Of a DNA stretch of 64,000 bases, positions 29,283 through 40,006 are shown piece by piece. Made by a program: the position numbers and the translations under genes. Source of the stretch: Klebsormidium nitens. Its lineage: Eukaryota > Plantae > Klebsormidiophyceae. The notes beneath the pieces were generated by a model that worked only from the letters and a program-made list of their open reading frames with translations, searched no databases and had not been told where the DNA came from. Numbering within the stretch: position 1 is the first letter of the stretch; each line of letters opens with the position of its first letter. The stretch covers positions 17,769 through 81,768 of the forward strand of contig DF237365.1 in NCBI GenBank assembly GCA_000708835.1, read 5' to 3'.

Positions 29283-32200
29283 ATGGAGCGGGGAAAGCTT
29301 GGCAGCCTGGTTGCACTCTTGGTTCTATGTGCATTCTTTGCAGGTGAGCAGCTGAAATTCTTGATCCTGCTTTGCAGGTTTTTGCTAATTGTTGTCAGAA
29401 AAGACATGCCGCTTTCACCATGATTTTAAACTCAATCTGAGGTTGCTAACGTTGAATGTGCCACCATGTTCAACTTACTCGAGTCCAATGCTTAGATTGC
29501 TTTACTGGTGGATTTTCATATGTTTTCTTTCTAGCAAAACAGTATCTTCGAATGCTTTCCAGGTTCTTACACAAAGGAGCAGAACGTGGCGGACTCCGCC
29601 ACTGAAACACTGAATCTCCCACCAAAGGTTGAGCTTGAGCCAAAGGTGGTCCCTAGCGCCAAAGTGACTGACCATGAAACACCTGCCCGGTGAGCTCAGA
29701 GTCTGCAAGATTGCTGTGGTGAAAGCCTTCTATAATAGTAAGCTTTTTCCGTTGTATGCTTGCCCGTTTCACACATTGATTCTCAACCTAATCAAGCAAT
29801 TATGCAATTACCTTATAACCAGCTTAGAACGCAGAGTAGTCTGCGTATCATTATGACTGGCCAGCGCAGGGCGCCATCGCTCCTAGACAAATTTACTTTT
29901 CATCATGTTTTACCTCATTGTCCTGGCACTGACTGCCTGCCCCAAATGTTTCCATGAAGCATCTCTCTTTTCTGATCGGACCGCCATTGATTCATCCAGA
30001 TATATGCACCTTATACTTGGTGGTACTTAACCCTAATGGAATGCATTGCAGGGAAGCTGCTTTGAAGCAGCAGCGAGCAGGTGGAGAGAAGTTCGAATTT
30101 CAGGCGGAGGTCAACCGGCTCATGGATATCATCATCAACAGCTTGTACTCCAACAAGGATATCTTCCTCCGCGAGCTTATCTCGAACGCATCTGATGTAA
30201 GCCACCACTCTATTGGGCTCACAGGCCAGGAAGCCATGCTCGTGTGGTTAGAAGTGACTGCAAATTCTAGTTTTAAATCCAATTATGAATCTTGCAACCA
30301 TTTCACTTCAGGAACCATCTCCATTGATCAAACAAGACACTGATTAGCGCCGTCGCCTGTCATTCCGCATCTGGCTTAATCAAGGTAGCCCCAACCTTGT
30401 GCAGGCCCTGGACAAAATTCGGTTCTTGTCCCTGACTGATCCCACCATTCTTGGTGAGGGCGAAGCTGCCAAACTGGAGATTAAGGTGCGCCCACTCTAC
30501 TATCCTCAATGTTTCCTGTGTGGTTAGATTGTTTGGAGCATGGCAGCAAGCGTTTGCTGTCTGACAGCTGCATTTCGCCCATAAATCTGTATGTACTTTG
30601 CGGCACGATCACTGAATCCCTGGAGATTGTGCGACCTCAATGTGCACAATTCCCGGAAGTTTCCACATGACTGATGTTTACGTGGTTTCTGTCTCAGATC
30701 AAACTAGACAAGGAGAATAAGATCCTAACAATTCGCGACCGGGGTATTGGGATGACCAAGGAGGACCTGATCAAGAATTTGGGAACAATCGCAAAGTCAG
30801 GCACTTCATGTGAGTACCCAGCCCTCCTCTCTCAAAAGTAGGCCCATGAGCTCAGAAGCAACGGTTTGAACTAACTTGTGGTGTATGCAAGCGCTTCTGT
30901 CAGAAGCCAAACCCCACCCATCTACCACTCTTTTGGAAACTCGTCGAAGAGCGCCGGAGGGTGATATACCTGTGGGCACTGCTTTTGTGGTCTCAACTGC
31001 GACTATTGTTGTGCAGCCTTCTTGGAGCAGATGCAGAAGGGTGGGGACCTGAACCTGATTGGGCAGTTTGGTGTTGGCTTCTACTCGGTGTATCTTGTGG
31101 CAGACACCGTGGAGGTGGTCAGCAAGCACAACACTGACAAGCAGTGAGGCCGCTTGCAATACGTTTCTACCAACGCAATCTTTAGTTAAGTTTTGAGTCT
31201 GTTTTGACGATTACGCACACCACCTCAAGTACCAGACACAACGTGCGATAAGTGGTACAGTTTTCCTGGCCTCTATGTTTGCCACCTGTCGCATCAGCTT
31301 GTCTATTGACCGACTTTTGGTCGAACGTCCATATATATCTTACTTGATAAGCTTGTGTTTTCAGCTGTCCTTCGATTACTTGATCCATGCTGGTTGTGCG
31401 GCCACTGGGATAATGTTCTTCGCGTGTGGCAGGTGGGTGTGGGAGTCCCAAGCGGACGGCAGCTTCACGGTATACGAGGACGCAGATGGGGAGTCCCTAG
31501 AGCGAGGCACGGAGATCAGGATCCACCTCAAGGACGAAGCCTCCGAGTATGCTGACGAGGACAAGCTCAAGGTAGGCGACCCAGCAATTGCTGCTGTGGC
31601 TGGGATGGGCGGGAAGAGCTTCTTCTTCTTCTTCTTCTTCTTGCTCTGAGTCATCTGGAGAAACGTTTGTTAGGCCAGTCTAGAAGGACCACCCGTTTGC
31701 TTGTTGTTGAGAAACCGACACGATGCCAGTGGTCAATTGGAACCGTCATATTCTTGCAACAGATCAAAATAGATCAGAGTCGATTGCTCGGGGGCTGACG
31801 CCGCGCTGTGCTGTCCAGGCCCTGGTGAGCCGCTACTCGCAGTTTATCAACTTCCCCATCTCGCTGTGGGCCAGCAAGGAGGTGGACAAGGAGGTACCGG
31901 TGGAAGAGGAGGAGGAGGTCGAGGATGATGTGGCAGACAGCAAGGACGAGGAGGAAAGCACGGAAGAGGAAGAAGAGGAGGTGGAGGAGGAAGACAGTGA
32001 GTGCTTTTAACCTGCCTCGATCAATCTGAATGGTACAAGGATTGGCGTAAATGCAAGAAGGCCCGCTTGTCATTTCTTTTCTCGTCCTTGGAGACGTTTC
32101 TGCTTCCTTCAGCGGCTGTTGTAGCTCAGTAGGTGCTATTACCAGCCTGCACGCCATCCGTTCCAGGCGCTATGGCCTACGAATGAGAATAAGCGAACAT

Positions 32201-35200
32201 TGGGGAAGGCAAAAGCCGGCAACGAACTTCCCCGTTTTCGCGGTTGCATCAAAGTTGTGTCTGCCGGTGCAGAGCCGAAGACAAAGACAACCAAGGAGAC
32301 AGTGTGGGACTGGGAGCTGCTGAACGATGTGAAGCCGGTGTGGTTGCGCAGCCCCAAGGATGTTCCCGACGAGGACTACGTCAAGTTCTACCAGTCGCTT
32401 ACCAAGGTCAGGAAGGATACAGTGCACGTGTCACCCCCGACTTGTAGTGCTCTTTCTTGCCCGTCTTATTAGTGCTTCTCCTACAGAAACGAAATGACAG
32501 AGGGCGTCTTTGTCAGGCGTTACAATAGAACCAACAATAAATCTCGATAGTGAGGAGTAAAGGCGCAGGAAGCCATATACAGCACTTGGTGCTTGCTCCG
32601 CATCGATTGCTCTTATAATACTGGTGCCTTACTATCTTCCTCGTTGAGAGCCCGATACAGAGGCTTCTAGAATGGACGTTATGCAACCACTCTATGCTTC
32701 ACGTTATTAGCGCCTTCCGAGCCCTTCTCCCTGCTGCTGCTGAAATCTTCCCTCGACCATGTTCACAGGAATCGTGGGCGAAGCCCATGTCGTGGGCGCA
32801 CTTCAACGCGGAGGGCGACGTGGAGTTCAAGGCGATCCTGTACATCCCGGCCTCGGCGCCGCCCCAGTTCTACGACAACTACTACACCATCAGCCCCGAC
32901 GTGAAGCTGTACGTGCGCCGTGTCTTTATCAGCGACGACTTCGACGACCTCCTGCCGCGCTACCTCATCTTCCTCAAGGTGAAGCGCTGCACAGGAGCCA
33001 AGTTGCGGATACCGCGTGCTTTGCGATTTCAATATAGGACGGTGCCGCTGCTTCAGCTTGGACTGCTTCGGTCATAGTCTCCGCTCCGTCGCTATGTGTT
33101 GATCAACTATGCCAAAGGCTTCTCTGCAGACTGGCTTTCCTGTGAATCACTTTCGCTGTTTTTCTACCCTTTGAGCGCTTGAGCAAAGACGGCCCATTTG
33201 AAAAAGGCATGTTGGGCCGTTACTTCGGACAGACTTTGCTTATCGGTATTCGAGGGTGATGCAAGGTTGCTTCGCCGATGCCCGCTTCGAAACTGCTTCG
33301 CTTGTGGCCTTTGGTTTTATTCTTCTCCCCTTTGTTTGCAGGGTATTGTGGACAGCGACACGCTGCCGCTGAACGTGAGCCGCGAGATGCTGCAGCAGCA
33401 CAGCGCCCTGAAGCTGATCAAGAAGAAGCTGGTGCGCAAGGCGCTCGACATGATCCGCAAGATTGCGGAAGACGACGAGGACGACACCAAGAAGGGCGCC
33501 GACGACGACGAAGCAGGCAAGCGCCTGATATCTCGTTTGAAAATGAAGTCTTAGCGTTGGCAACGTGCCAGTCGGACTCATCTTTCGACCTGCTTTTCGT
33601 CCTTGGACACTATCTTAGAAGGTATTGCAGATTCTGACGTAGGGGGGTTGCTTGTGTCGTAAGTCTCGATCTCGGGCCAATGAAACATTGAGAGTCGGTT
33701 CGGACCGGCAAGCAGCGGAGTTTGTTGCCTACGTTGCGCCTGGTGAGAAGATGCATTTCTTTCTGGACTACCGATTCCCACTTGTGGTGATGTCGAGTTT
33801 GTTGGTGGGCATGCAGAGAGCGCTGACAAGGGTTCCAAGGACCCTGAGGCACGCGGCAAGTATGCCAAGTTCTGGGGGCAGTACGGCAAGGCCATCAAGC
33901 TGGGCATCATTGAGGACGCCTCCAACAGGGTCCGACTCGCCAAGCTCCTCCGGGTGCACACGTGAGCACGCCACCGCTAGCTTGGATTTTTTCTGGCTAA
34001 GGTTTGCCGCGGTACTGACGGCAACAGCCCGTAGATTTGAGGTGGGCGGCAGGGAGTAAAGGGTTTTGCTTGCGGGATTCTTCCATGCTGCTTCGCACTT
34101 TTCTTGGCTGTGCACTCCGGGATTGAAACTGATACTCTCAGCGAAACATACTATCAAGGGGAGCTTTGGGCAAGTTGATTATTTGGATCTCGCCTCTTGG
34201 CAAAGCGCTGGAAAGGCAGGCTCTCTTCGCCGGTGGATCGACGTTGTCGATTGGCCAAGTGACAGCTGCTGAAGGAGTTGTCTGCACCTTGCTTCTGGTG
34301 GAACGCCTCATTTTCAAATACCTCGAGATAACCACTGAGCATAACTCATACATCGTTCTTGAGTCTGCCTCGTACACTTGCCGCCACCTGATCTTTTTCA
34401 ACCCTGCTCGTGGATTGGCCCTCCTGCGTGTGCTGAACTGGCACATCCCGGTTCTGCTGGTGCAGGTCCAAGTCTGGCGACAAGCTGACGAGCTTGGAGG
34501 AGTACGTGTCACGCATGAAGCCGGGTCAGAAGCAGCTCTACTTCATCTCGGGGGAGAGCAAGGAGCAGCTCGCGCAGTCGCCCTTCGTGGAGAAGCTCCT
34601 CAAGAAGGACTACGAGGTGCGTGCCTCCCTGCGCACCTAGCCACCACATACACTTCGCAGGTGCTTTGGAAATGCTCCGCAGCAGGTGCAAGATAGGGTA
34701 TGCCTTGTCGTGAGCATCCCGCATCAGCTGGGCTGTGCCAATGCTGTCAGTCTCGATATCGTTGGCATGCACGAGTGCCACCTGCGCTCGCCTGTACGTC
34801 AACCGTTTTCACTTCCGGTTCTAGTCGCTCGGGAGTCGCTCTCTTTGTCTGCCCTGTTCCGAGTTATTCAAAACGCGCCATTGCGCTGCTTCAGGTGATC
34901 TACTTCACGGACCCCATCGACGAGTACGTGACGGGGCAGCTGACGGAGTTCGACGACAAGAAGTTCCAGGACGCGACCAAGGAGGACCTCAAGGTGGGCG
35001 AGCGGGACGAGGACGAGAAGAAGAAGTTCAAGGAGACCAAGGAGGAGTTCAAGGACCTCACCAAGTGGTGGAAGGTGAGCGCGCCGCGTGCCAGTCTGCG
35101 CACAGGAGCCAAGGGCCGCGCCTCCCGGGAGTCCTCCCTTCTTTGTCTGTGGCATTCTTGCTTCGTTTTTGGATTGATCCGATCCGCTCCTGGAAAAGGT

Positions 35201-36520
35201 GCCGACGCAAAGGATCTTCATTTTTGGCCCGTTATTTTACCAAGTCCTCCACCCTTCAAGGCTTGTGTCGACAAGTTCGGGACGGGAGGCGTCTTCCATT
35301 TCATTAGCACCACAGCAATATCGGGGACGGAACCTGCACCGATAGGCACCAGTCGGAACCAATTTCCCCGAAGGCAAAAGCATCCTCGATGTGAGCAGAG
35401 TGTCGAGGCGTCTCGGGCTCTCCTCTCCTTGCAGCCGACTAGTGTGTGCTAGTCTCCTTACTTTTCTGTGCTCTCGGTGCTTCCCCGCAGGACGTGCTGG
35501 GCGGGTCGGAGGTGGAGGGCGTGAAGGTGAGCAAGCGGCTGCACCGCACGCCGTGCGTGGTGGTGACTTCCAAGTACGGCTGGAGCGCCAACATGGAGCG
35601 GCTCATGAAGGCGCAGGCCATGGCTGACGACAGCAAGCACGCGTACATGAAGGGCCGCCGCACGCTCGAGATCAACGCGAACCACCCGCTCATCCGGGAG
35701 CTCAAAGCCAAGGTCGCGGCGGACCCCGAGGTGAGGAACCGGAAACGGTCTCGGCCACACTCTGTACTGAGAGTTCAGCCCTTTGGACGGCTGGGGTTGG
35801 TAAAAGATTGGAAAGAGCGCATACGACGTAGCTCATCCCGTCGTGATAGTTGGCATGCTCGAGCGGAAAGATGTTTCCGAGTACGAGTGGGCTTTATTAT
35901 GAACCAGCGAGCTTTCTTGAGACGAGAGGGCATAGTACAAGGGAGGATTCCGCTCCAGGTAGGCCGTTGCAGGAGAGGAGCAGCTTCTGGCCTCGTGGTG
36001 GAACGAGGCGGGAATGAGGACTTGGACTCAAATTCCCTATCTGCTCCACTCGTGTCAGAGCTGTTGTTACATGCGGGGCTAGCCATGGACCGTCCCCGTT
36101 CCTAGCAGGGCACCTCCTTTTGGGGATTTGAATGCTTGTTTCAGGTTTCAAGCTGCAACCTTTCTTCCTCACGACAAAAGGTCCATAGAGTCCAACTTAT
36201 GCCGTCTTTCACAGGACGAGAGCGCCAAGGATTCAGCGAAGCTGATCTACGAAACGGCGCTGCTGGAAAGTGGGTTTGCGCTGGACAAGCCGAAGGAGTT
36301 TGCGGCCAGGTTATACGAGGTCATCCAGAAGGACCTGGGCGTTGACGCGGGTGACTTCGCCGGTGTTGAGGAAGCGGAGGAGGACGAACCGGAGGAGCCC
36401 ACCAAGGAGGCTGAGGCCGAAACACCAGCAGACGAGGCTGATGTCGAAGTGACGTCAGCGAAGGATGAGGAGGTTGAGGGCGCGGACGAGCCGTCGAAGT
36501 TGGAAAAGGACGAGTTGTAA
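29283..36520 (+). CDS. GRP94: ER HSP90 (endoplasmin/GRP94, SHEPHERD/HSP90.7-like), 836 aa; exons 29283-29343, 29563-29689, 30052-30196, 30405-30485, 30698-30809, 31017-31143, 31433-31571, 31819-31996, 32273-32406, 32769-32978, 33342-33516, 33817-33961, 34466-34616, 34895-35074, 35491-35730, 36215-36520
   Basis: Signal peptide, [70 protein letters not shown] and C-terminal KDEL. One GC donor is required at 33517. Confidence 0.97.
31619..31642 (+). repeat. (CTT)8 microsatellite in a GRP94 intron
   Basis: Read directly from the sequence. Confidence 0.95.
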
Positions 36521-37436
36521 GGGATAGCTTTGAAGACCTGTGCGGAAGGAAAGGTTTCTGGTCGAGTGCTTCCACTGGTCTGCTCGGTTTTCAACGAAGA
36601 ACCTCAGTCCTGGCGGTCGCCAGGTTTCTGAGTGAATTGTCGATTGTCACATCATCTGCCGATCAGTGACCGTTACAGCGCCCTGCATTCATTGCGAGGG
36701 TCCATCAGCATGGCATAAGCCTGGCTGGACAAGTGGCTTGGGTCTGCTGCAGTTTGGCCGCTCTTGACAACCTGGCTGCCCTATCTTACATACTGTAGAG
36801 GTATCGAACGCATTGCACTAGCGGTCCTGCCAGCTTGAAAGATGCCACTGTTTGTGCATGTTGTCAACTTCAATATCCGGTGACAAACTCGCTCTTGACT
36901 ACCTGCACCAATGCACATATGCAGGACGTATTATGTCAGCCGCTGGGGAAAACATACACGCACAATCCAGTACGTAATCCAACATCTCCAGTTTTGGATA
37001 TGTGCATCTGATTACAGAGTTGATTACTTCAGAGTTCTACGGTCGAATCATATCTTGTAAAGTTGGGTCGAAAAGTAACTAACTATCAATGCATGTGAGT
37101 CTGCTCGGCATGCTACCTCACATGGTGGCGCATATCAATCGCGTGCATGGAAGCATGTCGGACTCAACCAAACGTGGTCACCTCCGACCAAGACGCCCGG
37201 CGCCGCCACACGCTTCTATGTATTTTGTATGTTGCTCATGCTAGCATGTGACTCGAGTCCCAGGGAAGTCATGCATCACATGTCACTTGCCTTGATCCAT
37301 GATCGCTGTGCATGATCCGACGTTCGAAACTGACACAGCTCGTCTATTGGCATGGCATGGCGCACTTTGGCCGCGTTGACGTGTCCTGCGATCAATCATT
37401 CAGTCATTTGAACAAATTACCATGGTGGGTATCGGC

Positions 37437-37801
37437 NNNNNNNNNNNNNNNNNNNNNNNNNNNNNNNNNNNNNNNNNNNNNNNNNNNNNNNNNNNNNNNN
37501 NNNNNNNNNNNNNNNNNNNNNNNNNNNNNNNNNNNNNNNNNNNNNNNNNNNNNNNNNNNNNNNNNNNNNNNNNNNNNNNNNNNNNNNNNNNNNNNNNNNN
37601 NNNNNNNNNNNNNNNNNNNNNNNNNNNNNNNNNNNNNNNNNNNNNNNNNNNNNNNNNNNNNNNNNNNNNNNNNNNNNNNNNNNNNNNNNNNNNNNNNNNN
37701 NNNNNNNNNNNNNNNNNNNNNNNNNNNNNNNNNNNNNNNNNNNNNNNNNNNNNNNNNNNNNNNNNNNNNNNNNNNNNNNNNNNNNNNNNNNNNNNNNNNN
37801 N
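37437..37801. other. Assembly gap (N run)
   Basis: 365 consecutive N. Confidence 0.99.
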
Positions 37802-38580
37802 ATTACCTTGGACTACGGTAATTGACTTCATGTTCTTATCAACATGTAAGTTTGCATGAGGCTTGCAGGACTCGTGGCAGGCCACTGAGTAGTGGGGTGC
37901 ATGCTGCGTCAAATGAAGGCAGGGTTCGGATTGAAAACAGTAGAGCGCAGCGGGCCAGAACCAATATGGCCAAACATGATAGTGGGCGCTTTATTCAATG
38001 TAAAAGGCGCGCGGAGGATGTACCGGTGTTGCAGCCTCCGCAATGGTTGGTACAAGTTTGGGTACAGTGATTTGGGTTGCCGTCTCGGCCGACAGCATGT
38101 ACCACAGGTAGGTACCGTTAGGTAGGTACACCATGTCTGTCGTATCTCTACCCCCCAGGGAGGGTCTGTCTCGCGGTGCGAAACCTAGCCCGGCAAAATC
38201 GACGGTCTGACCTTGGCTAGGTGACCCCGGGCTAGTTGAAGCCTGTATGATGACATGATGCCGTAGGCTCATAAGCAGTTTCGGTATGCCGGGGCCGGGG
38301 TCATTTAATTTATTGCGAATGCTATCTGTCCCAAGTATCTCTACCAACCCGCATGTAGCTTCAATTATCAAGTTAAAAACCGCTCTTTCAAGGCCCGGGC
38401 TCGGACCTCCGGCCATTCTTGCCAAACCGTTGCATCGTAGCGGGATCGTAGTCTGCTTTTATCCATAAATTCGGTTGCACGCTGAAATAGACGGGTGACA
38501 GGGGTGAATCTGGAGACTACCCTAGCAAGAATATTCTGAGTGTCCACACATGCAGGTCACAGATTCCAGACAACCGGACT

Positions 38581-39430
38581 TCTCGGCGGTACCCGGTACC
38601 GGTCGGCGGTGCTGCTGCCCTACAGTACGGTAACTGAAACCTGGCCGCTCCTAACTCATGTGTCCCGAGTAGGTACCTTAATTCTAATACCGTATATTCT
38701 ACAGTATTAGACTCCAAGATTGCAAGCATCGGACCGTGGACGGTTCGTATATGGTACCTACTAGGTAGTACTCGGTGGCGCAAAACGGACAAAGCAGCCG
38801 AACTTTTCTTGGGAAAACGTTGCGGACGCTGGTTTGCTACTGATCGGACCTGGAACCGCCGGCAAGCAACCGGGGCCCTCTGAGACATTAGGGTTATGTT
38901 GGAAGCCTGTGACGGTTTGTTAGGGTCGTGCCACCTTACTCTTACTGCACTACGATTAGGGTTTACACTAACGGCTTAGGCATATTCTTAGGTTTTTTGT
39001 GTTGGTGAGGTTCCCGGTAGTCTGAATCAGTGCCCAGTTAGTCAAACTGGACGGTGTCCGCGTGCCTCTTGCGTGGCCTACTAGGTACCGTACTCAGTGG
39101 ATCCAGTAGAGCCTGGTTTCCGGCCGCCCTCCTTGGTCGGACTTCATGATCCATCATACGGTACCTACCTATACCGTAGATACCGGTACCGTGTTCAGTA
39201 CGCATGGTACCTGTTCGCTTGTACAGTTAAAGGGTACCTATCTTGTACAGTGCTTACACGGTACCTTGCACATCCCGGTTCACCGGCCGGCACAAAGTCA
39301 CTCCGCCGACAGAGCTTCTTACCTACCGGTATTACTTCATTGCGGGATCCCCCTGCGTGCTCAAGCGTATCTAGGTACTTAAATTGCACAGCGTAGTACC
39401 AAGTAGTACCAAGTATAGTAGGTACCTCTA
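38581..39430. repeat. GTAC/GGTACC-rich low-complexity island upstream of PhoX
   Basis: Manual count gives about 20 GTAC, 11 of them as GGTACC, in ~850 bp. Confidence 0.8.
38858..39000 (+). repeat. Dispersed repeat related to the interior of the 434-1176 element
   Basis: CCGGCAAGCAACCGGGGCCCTCTGAGACATTAGGGT versus CCGGCGAGCAACCGGGCCCTCCCTGTGACATTAGGGT at ~891-927. Both regions carry three TTAGGG and then TAGGTTTT. Confidence 0.7.
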
Positions 39431-40006
39431 GAGTTATCTTCCTGTCCCTTGTCATGATTGACGATCACACTGTATGACACCAACAATGCTTTGCCTGTTT
39501 GGGTCCAGTCACGAGTGACTCCAGTCACCAGTGTCCAGGAGGTAGAGGTCTTTGGCGATCACCATTCCGCGCTGAAGAATACCTACCTATCTAGCTGTGG
39601 GCTCTAAAGGTGCCGTAGTCTGACACATCACGACAAGAGCTGTATCCAGGCTCCGGCAGGGCGACAGACTCCAGAGTCGAAGTGAAACACCGCCTTCACT
39701 GCCGTTGACAGCCTGAGCATTACGCTATACCAGATTCGATTCCCGAATCAGCAACTACCTAGCCCGGCTCTGCACTGATTGAGATGAGTTCCGAAGTCTC
39801 CACAATGGCGACATCTTTGAGCACTCATGATCCACTTGGCATCTGCAGATGCACAGTACAGCCGACTGCTCAGAAATACAGTCGGAAGCCCCCACATTCT
39901 TGCCACTGCCAGATACATGAAACGGAGAACAAAAGCTTGCAGAAGCTTCTCGTGTTGATTACTTCCGAGATACCTTTCCAAAACGAGCTGCATCCCAATC
40001 CTTCTC

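Noticed and set aside
32989-35113. Identical 14-mer GCACAGGAGCCAAG near the 5' ends of two GRP94 introns (32989, 35100)
   Set aside because: Several 14-mer matches are expected by chance in 64 kb on two strands. The introns are otherwise dissimilar, so there is no support for introner elements.
37312-37912. ORFs of 145-170 aa in the track
   Set aside because: Artefacts of translating through the N gap.
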